Positions 10,905 to 24,516 are shown, counted from the stretch's first letter. The stretch is 64,000 nucleotides of DNA from Vicugna vicugna (GCA_013265495.1 MU058423.1:4107061-4171060), one strand, 5' to 3'. The notes: a model not told the origin generated them from the sequence alone. Made by a program: numbers and translations.

Positions 10905-13900
10905 CCTACTGCTTAGCATGGCGCCCGGCTCATCAGAGGTGTTCATCAAATACTTCTTGAGTGAATGAATGAATGAATGAATAAAAAATATGACCAGAGG
11001 AATCACTTTTCCTCTTTGGACCTTGGTCTCTTTATCTGCAAAATAATGGAGCTAGGGTAAGAGGGCTGGAGGTGATACCCAACCAACATCCTTTCAGTTG
11101 CTGATGCTCCTAACTCAGGGCTTGGAATTTTCTTTGGCCAATAGGAGTCACAGTCCACGTGCTGAGTTTGCTTCTGCCGTCTTTGCCCCTTGACTGATCA
11201 CTTGAGTTCTGGTCTCTATTTTAGTGCCCTAACCTGCTACCCAAACCAAACCACTTCTGTGCTATTGACTACGTTATTCAGTATTTCTATTCCTGCCACA
11301 CGCTCACACTAGAACGCTCTCATGCAGTCACAGGGCCAGATTTTGAGCTCTCTAGTTCTCACATACTTTTGTCAGACCCATGCCTTTAGCCCACTGCCTC
11401 ATTTCCCCAAAGACAATTTAAAATGGTATCTAAAAATCCCTTTTCTCCCACTTGATGCTCTTAAGGATGACCCACAGGGATATGACAGCTGAATGAGGAC
11501 TCACATTTATATCTTATCTCCTATTAGCAAATTCAGAACAGAGAATCACACCACACAAAAACATGGCTGATTTAAAAAAAAAAAACGATACAATCTAACT
11601 CATCAAATAGTCCTTTCGCGGTGAATATTCCATCAGCTGAACCTCCTACACGCTTTTCCCTGAGAACATCTGTGGCAGACTGGAAAGTATTTTTTCCCCT
11701 GTGTTTGACTTAATGCTTCCTCTAAGTATCGCACTTTCTTAGATCCTGTGATACATCGTAGTACAGTGGTACTGAAGAGATGTCACTTACGCCTGTATCT
11801 TGAATAGTGTCAGTCTGAATTGAAAATATGCCAGTTTTCTTATTAACAGAGCTTTTAGTTCACTGGCTTATGGTGTCAATAATGCCGCTCATTGATGGGT
11901 TAAGAACCACAGCTGAATGTCTTCTACTATTTAAGCATGCAGCTCCTTTAGAACAAAACAGTTATTTTTCAAAGTAAATGCGACATTCAGAAGCCGCACG
12001 AAAGCAGCAATTTACGTTTGCCTTTCAATGTATAACTATCTACCGTCTATCAACTCTAGTTACATTAATTATCTGATCGAAAATTCCGGCATTTTTCATG
12101 TTCTGTGTTTATATCACACTGTTCATAAGAATTAGTTTTAGCAGAAGAATGAGGATTGTACCTATTTTATCTCATGGAGTTTTAAGTACACTTGCACTTA
12201 AATAATTTAACATTGCTGTTCGTCTGTCTCACTTACTGTGTGTATTGCCCTACAGGGGCTGACGTACAAGAACTTATCCCCCTCACGATGTAAAACTGTG
12301 CTTTTAGGCCAATACTCATTGAGAAGCAGTAAGGATTTCTTTCACTTGTCTGGTCTTTTTCAGTAACTTGTTGACCTCCACTTGATGCTCTGAGTAATAG
12401 ACACACGCCAGGGGTTGCAAGGGCAGAAGGCAAGATCTAAGCAGTGCCAGGCCTCAGCAGGAAAAGGTGAGAGGAGAGAAAGTCATTTTATAATTTATCA
12501 AAATAGGAATACTTGGACCACAGGTTTTATAAAGAATTAAACACTGCCCTTTTAAAAAATAAAAAGATGAAATTCACATTTTACTTAGACTGAAATAAAC
12601 AAAGCAAATTTTGTTTGATTTTCATCAAAATATGAACACTATTATATCACTTGCCTGTCGAGAAACTACAGATTTTTTTGGCATTCTCTTGGCTCGCTAT
12701 GTCAAAATGAGGCACGGCAAAACATGGCCTCAACACAGACAGAAGAGTGTCGGTGTCCAGGGACCTTGTTTCTGATTCCATGATGACTATCAAGCAAATA
12801 TCAAATACATACCTTCCACAAAGCTTGCAAAACCGTTTGCATGTAGGCTCAACAAAGGACTGGGTGGAGTAGCAGCGTTCAGATTTGGATTCATCTCTGC
12901 TGGGCACTTGGTGAATGCTCAATAAATATTTAGCGAATGCATTCAGTGACCTAGAAATGGAGGTTGTATCTCGTTCCCTGTTTGATCACAGATATTTCCA
13001 GCCACTCATGCTGAAACACATTCACTAGAATCTTTGGGCCCCTAAACTCCATCATCCCCAAAGTTTGCTTCTGTTGTGGGAAAGCTAAGAACTCCCTCCT
13101 TTCAACATTTTATGGTCAAACAATTCAAACTACTGTTTACTGAAGGAAACAGCAAAAGCGCTCTTCCATTCCTTCGTCGGCTGTGTTCCATTCACCGTAA
13201 AGAGGAACCAGACTACGTGGAAGGCGTGTGTGCTTTTGCGGGCGGTGGTGGTCCAGCCTTGTACCACACCGACTGTTCTGTCCTCTCCAGCTCTGTCCGC
13301 CTCTCTGCACGTGGCTTTACACAGTCCTGGATCTGCACAGTGGTCGGGGTGCTAAGACTTGTGTCTCACAGGCAGTTCCAAAGTTATCTTTTACGAGCGC
13401 ACTCATGATAGCAGGTGCACCACGAATACCCTGGGGTTGGGAGGGAGGGAAAACAGAAAGGGAACTTACGCAAGATCAGAAACATAGAGTTGCAAGGATT
13501 TTTTTTTTCCCCTGGAGTTTTTAAAGTCCATGTGTGATAAATAAAGCACCGAACGCCCAACCCCCTAAGTTCAGCATATGCTGGGAAAAAACACCTAATT
13601 CATGTGCGACGGTTAAACATCCATCCAGGGAGTCTCATTAGCAAACACATTAATTAGGATCCTGTTTACTTTTCTACTGTCAACATTTGTTTGTTTGCGC
13701 TAACCTATTCTACCTTCATTAGAGTAAAGGAGCGCCAGTCAGCGCGTGAAACTGTCTCCATTTGATGAGAAATTTAGGACCCACACAGAGTTTCTATTTC
13801 TCTACACATCTTCTGATCATTCACTGTTTTAAATACATGAAAAAGGCAAGAACTGCAATACCACTGCAGATTAGAGTGTCTTCTGTGGCCATTCATTCAT

Positions 13901-14094
13901 TCATCCATTCATGTAATTCTGGGTATTAAGGACGCCCAGAACAGTAAGACATGGCTCCTGTCTTCATGTGGCTTACAATCTAATAGAAACCAGAAATGTC
14001 GATACATAAAACAGATACGACCCCAGCCTTGCCATCTTGTGGGTACAAATGAGGGCAGCATTATACGAACCCCCTAAATCTCCCTGTTCTAAGC

Positions 14095-14315
14095 CAGTAT
14101 CCAGCAAGCTACTACTTGAAGATCAGATCCAGCCTGACACCTATTTTTGTAAAGTGTTATTAGAACACGAACACACTCATTTGTTTACGTGTCTGGAGCT
14201 GTTTTCGTGCCACAACAAACCACAGAACTGAATCGTTAACAACAGAGAGCGTAGAGGTCACAAAGCCCAGAGTATTTGCTGCAGGGCTCTGTACAGAAAA
14301 GTTTGCTGAGCCCTA
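14095..14315. mobile_element. MER58A-like hAT-Charlie MITE
   Basis: Motifs tttttgtaaagtgttattagaacac, ctcatttgtttacgtgt and acagaaaagtttgctgagccct. Confidence 0.8.
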
Positions 14316-14713
14316 GTCCCATGCCTCCAGAATGTTTGAGGTCTCCCAGGGTGCTCACATGTCAGTTCTGGTCATTGCTCTGAGGAGGTCCTTTTGGGGA
14401 ACAAGATGTTGGCAGCGCCCTTTGGGGCTGGGCTCAGAAACTGCTGGCTTTCACGCACCCTGCAGGAGCCACCACAGCAGGGCTACCCACCCCTGCTGGC
14501 CACGGCTGTCACAGCCCCCTCTGCACTGGCGACCATGTTGCTGCCATTGGCGGAGCCATGAATTTATCAGCCTTTTGGGGGGCTGCCAACCCCAACAGAA
14601 CAGACCGTGACGGTCTCTCAGGGATAAGCCGAATCAAGTCACTTGCATTGACTTCAGTAAAGATTCTCAGATGGCTCCAACTGCCCGCACCCTGGGAAGC
14701 GAGAAGAATGATG

Positions 14714-15107
14714 CTGTGTGCGCCCCGTTTGTCCCTACAGACCCACCCACCACTCTTCTTCCCTTTCTTTTTGTCTTGGGTAACCCTTCATGCATCACAT
14801 AGGCTCCTCTGCCCTCTTGATCCCTATAGGGTTTGGCGAATGGGCAGCACTGGCAGAGACTCGAGCACTGGCAGAGAAGAATTGGAATTCCCCCCAGGAC
14901 CCCGTCCTGCTGGTTGGTTCCTCTATGGAAGCCCACATCTCTCCCAAAGCTGCCTTGGGGTGGTAGCTGCTTCCTCAAATCCAGATACTTCACCATTCCC
15001 TTTTCCTTAACTCGGATCACATCTTTGAACACGGTCCCTTAATTAAATTCTCCTCAACTGCCCCCCGTTGAGTCTGCCATCTGTTTTCTGTTGGAACCCT
15101 GACTATG
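14714..15107 (+). mobile_element. Ancient ERVL LTR (LTR33-like)
   Basis: 3' end attaaattctcctcaa...gagtctgccatctgttttctgttggaaccctgact is typical of LTR33/LTR16-type LTRs. Confidence 0.65.
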
Positions 15108-16499
15108 CCCAGAGCCACTTCCCCAAGGCATCCCCAAGTCAGGAGGATGACTGGGTTTTGGGACTCCAAACTCCTCCCCGGCCTCTCAGGCTGTGGCACT
15201 GACTCCAAAGCCATTTTCCTCTCATGGACCCTCTGTCCTTTCTTGGAATTTGATTTGGGGTGTGATCCATCCCAAGGCAGCATTCTAATGAAATGGAGAC
15301 TAAAACAGGCACCTGGGGGTGGGGACGGACAAGGATGGAGGGCGTTGCCTTGCTCCACTCCTCCGCTGCATCTGTGCCCTGAACACTCCTCGCTGAGTGA
15401 GTGGGGGACAGTGCCTCTAAGCACCACTTGTGAACAGCATCTCAGCTCCAGCTCAGCCAGGAGCAAATAAGGTCAGGGAAGAGTCACCTATCCTTCCCCC
15501 CAGGTACACCTGAAGCCCAGGGCTGCTCAGCCAAAATGCCTTATTTCAAAGGAAGTGCATTTGAGCACGATGAGGCTGGGAGCCTGTCTTGTCTTTAATC
15601 CCGACGTACGTATATAGCTTAGAGGTACCTTCCGGGTACAGGTTTCGGAGAATGGAAACAAGCTGTGATCACATTACGGTATTTGCAAGGCCATGGAGCA
15701 GAAGCAGAAGCAGCAGACAGGAGAGGAAACTCGACCGAGGAGCCACAGTCTGTCAGCGAGAGAAGACTTGGCAAAACCTGTGAACACCTACCCATCGGGC
15801 TCTTAACTGCTCTCGCAGGGGAACTTCAATTCCGCCTGATTTCCCAGCCTGGCCCCCGGCCGTGCCGCCGGAGGTCTCGGTCAGCAGGCGCCTCTCCGGC
15901 TCGCCATTCCGACTGATTTAATTTAGAGAATTTCTTACTCTTCACATGGCAGCAGAGGTCACGTGGCTTAGCAAGCCTGTTGTTCAGGAAACAGCTTCTT
16001 ACCGCTGCGGTTCTGTAACATTGGCTGAAATTTCCCTTTTTGTGCTATTTTTTTTTCCTCTTGGCCCTGAGATTATAAGGTCCTACCACATAGTTTTATG
16101 GCCACATCTTGAAAAATACATCTTTTTCCTTAAGGCTTTATCGCCAAAGGGGATGGGAATGTGTATATGCACTTATATAAGCACATTTCTGCCTTCAGAG
16201 AACAATTCCCCATCTCGCAGAGACAGGAGTAAGTCAGGGATGGAATGTCAGCTAGAGACTGAGTTGGTGTCATCTGTAGGCAGCTGTACCAAGGAGAAGG
16301 AGGTCTTGATAAAAGGAAGGAAAGGCTTGGAGAGCAAAGGAACCCAGGTGTCATTGCTTATGACTTTGTTTTACTTAGAATGTTGAACTCTGCCTATAGT
16401 TGGGAAATTAAGGTAGTGTTAGAAATCTTTCCACAGTCACTCCTTTGCTTCTGTTTTTCCTGATTGAAGAGCACCTCCCTGATGGACTATGCAGTGGTA

Positions 16500-16690
16500 C
16501 ATTCAATTCCTGTAACATCAGTGTGAGGTAGATATTATTATTAAACCACTTTGCAGTGAAGAAACTGAGGCACAGTAAGGTTAAGATCGCATAGCTTACT
16601 TAAAAAAAAAAAAGATTGCATAGCTTACAAGTGAAGAAACTGGGCTTCAGACCCAGCCAATCAGACCTCATAGCCCACACTACCAACCTT
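16500..16690 (-). mobile_element. MIR SINE
   Basis: gtgaggtagatattattattaaaccactttgcagtgaagaaactgaggcacag. Confidence 0.7.
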
Positions 16691-18399
16691 TCTGCGAGGC
16701 AAGGAAAGACGCTGGAATCTGGGTGGGTACCGGAAGGCTGAGACAGTGAGGAGGATCCTATCATGTCTAACCCTCTGCCCATTTCTATGGGTTTAGCCCT
16801 TCAGTGACTCAGGTGTGCTTTGTGCAATCCTGGAGGGCTGGCTTTCTGTCCCCCTGGGGCTGCTGAAGAAGTGCGGAATTGGGAGTTGCTGGACGAAGGT
16901 GGTGAGCCCTGGCCTGGCCTGGGCATTGCAGGTCTGGGTAGTGGAAAGAACACCAAGCCTGGAGTCCAAGACCAAGCTCCTGGTGTTAAGCCACAAAATG
17001 AACTGCGATGGAGATGGGAGGAGGTCAGGCACGTGAACGCACCTAGCACAAGGCCAGGAGCGTAGCTGGTCCTCAGTCAGAGTTCACTGTTCATTGTCTC
17101 GCTCAGAGAGGGAATGTCTGAGGGGCAGGGGGCAGCCTTCTCCTTACTCCCAGGGGACCTCCTATCTCACGTGCGTTCAAATGATGTTAGAACATTCGAC
17201 CACGGCCCAAAAGGATGCATCCGTTCCCTCATTACAGCAATGCTGGTGTTCTACCCCCGGTGACAGAGGGAGCGAGTCAGGACGCAGGGGAAGCTCCTCT
17301 TGTACTTGATATGCTCTGTGAAGTGTTATTTCCTCTTATTGGTTTCATGTAATGTGCTGATAATTTCATTGCACAAGTTGGCATATCCAACCGATGTAAT
17401 TACCTTTGGAAACTGTTCTGAGAGGCTATTACTAAAGAAATCAAACATTTCTCCTCTTTGCGTCAAGTGGGGATAATCGCTTCCTTTAACGTGTGTATCC
17501 TGCTTGGAAAGCCTGGGCTGAAAGAAGTTTTACAAACACTAAGCAGCATCCCCGTCGCACTTTGTCCTTACTCAGCACCTATCACGAGAGCCACTCTGGC
17601 ACAAAGTAACGCAGAAAGCACAGTCTTGGGACCAATCAAACGACCATGCCACCTGACCGAGCGTTAACTGACGCTTAATGTCGCATGTAAATGAAGGGCT
17701 TTTGTCACGAACTCAAGCATTCACTTCCTTAAAAGTTGTACATACATAAAGCACAGGATAAAGACAGCACAATTTCTTATCTGTCTCCCTGCAGTTCGGG
17801 GAGAGGTACCGGCACAGGGTGGCCAGCCCCATCACCAGTCCATGCCAGGAGAGGGGCTGTGCTGACGAAGGTGACAGGATTTAGTTGCACTTTTCTCTGG
17901 AGCCACCGGTCAGGGTAGGAGCACCTTCCCCTTCCTTCCAAACCCGCAGAGAAGCCACGGAGGAGACGCCGGGGGGATGCTGTGCATGAGGCACTTACAC
18001 TTGATACATTTTTGGTATCAATGAAGTATTTGCAAAATGCAATCGGGGCTTCCATCTCACTGGCTAATGTTTACACGTGGTGAGTCACAAAACCATCTAG
18101 CGTATTTCTAGTCTACTGAACATGAGTTCAGCAAACACCTTTCAAGTACCTATTAGTTCCAGACACTTGTTAGGTCCTGGGAATAAGGAGACAAAACAGC
18201 TCTTGTAAAGGAAAGAAAACAGACAAAACCAAAAGCACCCCAAGTTTAGCGCAGGGGTGGCATATCATTTTTCATTTCTTGGACCAAAATACTTTCAGAC
18301 TGTCAGAGGTTACACGGAACACAGATCAGACAGGTCCTAAGGCCTCGTCTGGCTTCTGCAGGCAAGAGCACTGCGATCCATGTCTTCCAGGAACGTTCG

Positions 18400-19060
18400 T
18401 CAATTTCTTCATTAATTCCACAAATATTTGTTTAGTGCCCTCTACAAAGCCAGACACTGTCCTGGATGCTTGGAACACAGCAGTAAACACAGCCGATACT
18501 CTAGTGCAAGGAGACAGACAATAAACAAAGGAACAGTATCATGCCGGTGGTGATAAGTGGTCGGAAGTCAAATAGAGCAGAATGAAGAAACAGTAGGAAT
18601 AGAAGGTGACTGGTGAGGAAGAGGAGACATTTGAGCCAAGTCCTGGATGGAGTACGAAGAACATCCAGGAAAGAAGATTCCAGGAAGAGGAAGCAGCAAG
18701 CAGAGCGGCTGGAGGCGGAGTGCGCTTGAGGGGAGGGCAGAGTGCGCCTGAAGCGGGGCGGTGAGCGGCGCTGGGGTGGGAAATGAGGGCGGCGAGGTAG
18801 CTGAGGGCTACCCACGTGGGGCCTGAGCAAGCCCTTTGGACTTTGGTCTACGGGTGGAGGAGGCACCATTGGTGGGTTTGAGCAGAGGAGGAACATGACT
18901 ATATTTCCTTATTTAAAGAGTCACTGCTGGGGGAGATCTGAAGAGGGGTGAGGCTGGAAGAAAGGAAGGCAGTCAGGACATTGCTGCAGCAGACAAGGCC
19001 AGGCAGGGCTGAAGGCGGAGCTGGAAGGGCTTGCTGACTCGAGAGTTTGGCCCTTTAGAC
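18400..19060 (-). mobile_element. L2 3' fragment
   Basis: ttcattaattccacaaatatttgtttagtgccctctacaaagccagacactgtcctggatgct and ccattggtgggtttgagcagaggaggaacatga are characteristic reverse-L2 motifs. Confidence 0.75.
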
Positions 19061-19649
19061 ATGCGGGTTGAGCACCTCTATCAGACATCCGGGCAACTGT
19101 CCCACAGGCCATTAGACCCAGGAGGCTGGACTCCAGGGGAAGGCGGAGAGGGCAGTGGCAGAGGAGGACGCCAGATTGCGCCTCTGACAGCCCTGGCCAG
19201 TGCGGATCACTACTGGCATTTGTCTCCGATTACTCGCCCTGGAAAGGCTGTGGGCGGTGGCCTCGGACTCTCGCTCACTGAGAATCCCACGGCTACATTC
19301 TCCCAGCCACCACGCCCTCTGCTCACAAGCACTGCTCTTCCCCACAGCATGGGGGGGCTGCCCTTGGGGCAGGAGTTACACACTCTTTGCTGGAGGAGTT
19401 TCTGTTTGGAATCCAGACTTACAACAGACTCCCCCTTTGAGAAGTGCTCATTAAGCGCCTTTTGTCCAATATCTTACGTGAGCTTTGCCAGGCCTTGCAA
19501 ATCGAATGGCAATCAGGGTCTAGTTGGAAGCCAGGGGACTAAACAGCCACACAGCACAGCCAGAAACAGGTGCTGGTAGAGATCCCAAGCTACGCTGCAT
19601 GTGGGGGTGGAGCAAAGGAGAACGTGCCACCCTGTCTGGGTCAGAGAGG

Positions 19650-20315
19650 ATACGTGGTCCCCAATTCTTTGACATTTCTCTCAATGGGAGGCAAATCCTA
19701 TGTCCCCTCCTCCTGAGTCTGGGCTAGCTTGTGACCGCTGAGTGGTAGAATGTGACAAAAGTAACTCTGTATGTGTTCTGAAGCTCAGTCTTTTTTTTTT
19801 TTTGTATATAAACTTTTTTTTTATTGAGTTATAGTCATTTTACAACGTTGTGTCAAATTCCAGTGTAGAGCACAATTTTTCAGTTATACATGAACATACA
19901 TACATTCATTGTCACATTCTCTTTCACTGTGAGCCACCACAAGTTCCTGTATATATTTCCCTGTGCTACACAGTACAATCTTGCTTATCTGTTCTACATT
20001 TTGAAATCCCAGTCTGGAAAGGCATGTGGCTTCCACATTGTTTGCTAGAATACCAAGCTCTACATAAGACACCTGACTACCCTATGGCTGTTATGCCAGA
20101 GGCGCCATGTTGTAGGTACTCTGGTGGATGAGCCCAGCTGAACTCAGCCCTCAGCCACTCCCAAAACATGCCAGACCAGCTGACAGTCCTCCATCACTTG
20201 AGTCCCTCTCAACTGAGATGCCAGACATTGTGGAGGAGGGACAAGCCATCCTCGCTAGTCTTGTTTTATTCCAGTAAGTTTTGGGGCGGTTTGAGACACA
20301 GCAAACAACTGCACT
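19650..20315 (+). mobile_element. MaLR LTR (MLT1-type), interrupted by L1
   Basis: Motifs cccaattctttgacatt, cctgagtctgggctagcttgtgac, tagaatgtgacaaaagt and the 3' end ccagtaagttttggggcggtttg..acagcaa. Confidence 0.7.
19792..20009 (-). mobile_element. Short 5'-truncated L1 3' end
   Basis: Poly(T) followed by ttattgagttatagtcattttacaacgttgtgtcaaattccagtgtagagcac...ccctgtgctacacagta. Candidate TSD CAGTCT at 19786-19791 and 20010-20015. Confidence 0.85.
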
Positions 20316-22254
20316 GGGACACCAAACAGAAGGCAGCTCCACGGGGTCTTAAGGGATGAGCTCACTAGACAGACACAACGGAGAAGCACATTTCAGGTGG
20401 AAGGGGAGACAGACGCAAAGGCACACGGGACATCAGAGTCTGGTGTCTCAGGGAAGTGCCACCACCAGGACTACGATGGAGCACAGGCTGGCAAGAAGAT
20501 GAGGCTGAAGCAGTCAGATGGTAGGGAGTCGTATATGCCTTGCAAAGACCTCATCATGCCTGATTCCGTTCGGGCCAATCTAAACTCGCCACTGTTCCAC
20601 AATGATTTGTTCATGCCGTGATGACTTCTTAGAGGGGCTGTTACATAATGCCGGGGATGCTGTCTATAATACAGAAACTAAAGAAGCTCTTTGTTCCCTA
20701 TGTCATTGACCACAGGCTTTGAATTTTGCCAGTTTAACATTTTAATCATGAGCTTCACTGTCTTGCCCTCAGGTGTCCGTTATCTTGTTCTCTGAAAAGG
20801 GTCCAGGTGTCTGCCTTTCAGAATGCTATCACTTCCGGGGGACAGAGTGGCCTGGGCTTGGGGGTCTCCCGGAGGAAGAGCTCATTCTCTGTGCCCTCAG
20901 AACACCTCCATCATATTTTTTAAAAAAATTATCGTCTTCTACTTTTCATGGGAACAAAAGCCCTTTTTCCCTTCCTGGAAAGGAGACTCCGCATTCTGTA
21001 TTCCTGTTGAGGCGATTTTAAAGGTACCTCGCTCTATGCTGCAGGATATTGCAGTGCATCTCCATAACACATTTAAAGTCTCACTCCTTAAAACTGTCAC
21101 GTCTGGAGAGCCCTAGATAAGTCAGCAAGGACACAGACGTGATCACTCTCTCCTGCCCCTGGTATTACAGGCAGCTATCAATTCCAGCTCATTTAGGCTG
21201 ATCCAATCCCGGCATCGAAAGCCATTTCCATATTATTGCACCAAACTGGAAATTATAAAGGCTGTGTATTCCTCTGCAAAGCCTCCAATTTAGGCTGATA
21301 ACTTAGCACTGGGTTATTAGTGACATGCATCATTATTCTCAAGATATATTCTATCTGAGAATTTTGTCCTCAAACCCTTTGGAGCATCTTGCTGGGCTGC
21401 TCAGGCTGTCTGGTAGGCAAGCTGCACTGTTCACGTTAATGCGCTCTTAACATAGGCTTTAAAATTAATTTTTGATCATTGATCCCCTGCATTAACAGCC
21501 CTCTGAGCCCGTGTAGTGGGTAGAGAAACATCACAGAGTGAGGCCACACAGTGAGTCAGCGGGCAAGCCGGAGTCAGAAGGAACGGGGCTTTAATTCAGC
21601 GTGAGCTCCCAGGGCAGAGCGTCTGTGTGGAGGCTGCACAGCTACGAGCTGACAAGAGAAACGAGAATCTCATTTCCTTTTTTTTTTTTTTTCCTGTTAG
21701 CCTGGATGTAGCTTGCTTTGGTCAAATAATTCAATTTAGGAAAAACCAAATATTCAAGTTGAGGAATGATACAGGCAACCAGTTCAATTGTTTTGATTGC
21801 TTTACTGAATCAAGAAAGTAAACAAAAAGGGTTTGACAATTTACCTGGTCCAAAACATTTAACTGCTTGCTCCAGAGAATCTCTAACGTTTTTGTCAACT
21901 GTGGGAGCCTATTATTTTATCATTTTGTGGGTGAAATCAGTTGAACTGAGAGACCAGAACTTCTAATAGATAGCTTGAATTGCTCGAGTTGGGGAATCTA
22001 GTAAAATAAATGCCTCTGCCTTATTTTATGGCTAAGTTGAAAGCCTGTGGTTTCAAGTCACATTTCCTGAATGTGAACCTCAGATTAGACGGCTTCGTGT
22101 ACATTACCTCATTTAATTCTCAGCATAGGCCTGCAGGGTGAAAAATCAGGATGTTCATTTTAAAGTTTGGTCACTGGATCTCAAGGGAGGGGAGTTAGGT
22201 TAAGCTCCATGAGTTTCTCAGGAAAATGCAGTGAAGTTTTTAATTAGCTTAAAG

Positions 22255-22438
22255 CAATGGTTCTCACAGGGTGATGTCTCAGCCAGCAGCCTCAGCCTTA
22301 CCTGGGAACTTGTACAAATCCAACCCTTGGGCTCTACCTCAGACCTACGGAGCCAGAACTCAAGGGTTGGCTCTAGCCCACTGCCTTCCTAGACCTTTCC
22401 AGGTGATTCCGGGGCATGCTCAAGTCTGAGAATGACAG
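22255..22438. mobile_element. MER5A hAT-Charlie MITE
   Basis: caatggttctca...cagcagcctcagccttacctgggaacttgt...ccaggtgattcc...aagtctgagaatgacag. Confidence 0.8.
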
Positions 22439-22914
22439 ATGTAAGCACAAAGTATGGCAGAGATTGAGGAATACAGATGTTTCTATTTTAAGAAAAACGA
22501 TCTATATCAAAATCTGAAATTAGAAAAAGTAAACTGGGATACATCGATGATCTTATAAAGGACCTTTAAGAAGCACACACCACAGGGTTTAATTAGGAAT
22601 ATGCCCCTAATGTATTTAAAATGAGATTCAATCTGCAAATCTTTAATGTAGACACATTTTCCCTTCAGGAATTCAATTTATTTAAGTTTTTATTTGTATT
22701 ATTTAATATAGTCATTTACTTAAATTGCACTATTTATATATAATAAGATATATAAGATATACGTAATATTTACATATAATAAGATATAGTAAGAGGCACA
22801 CAGACTCAAATTTGAATTAGACCATACTGATTCAATCATCTAGATCAGGGCCTGGCACATAATAGGTGCTCAATAAATATTTGTGAAAGAATGTAGAGAT
22901 TGTATGCAAGATCC

Positions 22915-22934
22915 TGTGTGTGTGTGTGTGTGTG
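22915..22934 (+). repeat. (TG)10 microsatellite
   Basis: Perfect TG run read directly. Confidence 0.95.
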
Positions 22935-23381
22935 ATGTTAGTGTTAACTATGGTAATGCAGCAGGGGAGATAACTACTAAATCACAGTGTAGATCACACG
23001 TGGCAAGAACTAAGTGGTGAGTCAGGTAAGTAAGCACGTCTAGAAGTAGTGGGGATGATCTGACTAGGCCTCTTGGAGAGGCAGAACTTGACTTGGCGTA
23101 GGATTTCTTTATGGGTGAAGAATGTTGAAAGGCATTCCAGGTAGACCTAAATAAGTCAGGAAGATGATAATGTGCAGGGCATTTTCAGGCATCAAGGACT
23201 GGAGAGATGTGCGGAGGACAACGTGAAGATGAGTTTTGATCTCAAGACTGTGGAGTGAGCAGTTTATCTTGAGAGGCTGTTGAAGGGAGCAGTGAGGTAA
23301 CAAAAGTGTTATCTCATGAAAACCATCCTTTACACAGACAGAAGTTAAATTGATTAGAGGCTCAACATTTGACCCTAACTA

Positions 23382-23862
23382 CAAAGCATACTATCTCGGG
23401 AACATTGCAGGTTTGGTTCCAGACCATGGCAATAAAGTGACTATTGCAATAAAGCGTCACACGAAGTTTCTGGTTTCCCAGTGTATATAAAATTATGTTT
23501 ACACTGCACTGTAGTCTATTAAGTGTTCAATAGCATTATGTCTAACAAATGTACATACCTTAATTAAAAATATTTTATTGCTAAAAAATGCTAACCATCA
23601 TCTGAGCCTTCAGTGAGTTGTCATCTTTTGCAGTAGCTACATCAAAGATCACCGATCACAGATCACCATAACAAACAGAATCATAATGAAAAAAACCCCA
23701 AAATATTGCAAGAATTACCGAGATGTAACCGAGACAGGAAGTGAGCAAATGCTGTTGGCAAAATGGCATTGATGGACTTGCTCAGCTCAGTGTTGCCACA
23801 AACCTTCCATTTGCAAAATATCTGCAAAGAGCAGTAGCGTGAAGCACAGAGAGGAATGACTG
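23382..23862 (-). mobile_element. Tigger1-derived internally deleted element (Tigger1a-like, TcMar)
   Basis: Both Tigger1 ends are present (attgcaggtttggttccagacca..gcaataaag; ttgccacaaaccttccatttg..tatctgc), with TA at the left flank. Confidence 0.85.
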
Positions 23863-24516
23863 TGTAGAAATCCTACCGCCTTTCACGTTATGACGCTAGA
23901 ACTCTGCTGTGCAAATTTATGCACACATGGTCGACTCACATTCTGCCTTTGTCCCCTGAGTTGCTGTTGCTAAGTCACATCTTGCCATCTTCCATCCATT
24001 ATCTACATACAGAACTTATCAGAAGCAATTAAGGGCGCAGAAAATATGAGAGAGCAAAAGGCTCATAAGCATTATTCAGAATAAAGATGGTAAAAAACAC
24101 TTAACACAGCTCCTGGCTCAAGGCTTTCGGCAAAGATTACTATTAATTTTTGCTGCCATTAGCATGCTCCTTGTTGACACTGTTACAAACATAAGCCTCC
24201 TGTTCAGGTCACGTGCCTCATTCAAACTTTAAAAGCCTTGCATGCCTCGCTCGGGAGCACTTTTAGAGGAAGTTTCGGCGAGACCTCTGGTTGACCATTT
24301 CCAGGGAAGCCTGGAGAGGTGGAGCTTGAAAATATCATCATGACTGTCACCATCGTGACTGTCACTATCATTCTCATCAGCACCTCAGACTCTTCCTACA
24401 CTTTACAGTTTGCCAAGTAAACTCATGTTCATTAGTTCACTTTGACTTTCACATGAACTCTGGAGAGTGACTACTATTTGCCCCGTTTGATAGATGGGAA
24501 ACTTCAGTGGCTAGAG

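Noticed and set aside
19031..19579. Longest ORF in the track (182 aa)
   Set aside because: It has a non-ATG start, begins in repeat-derived sequence, and has no recognisable domain.
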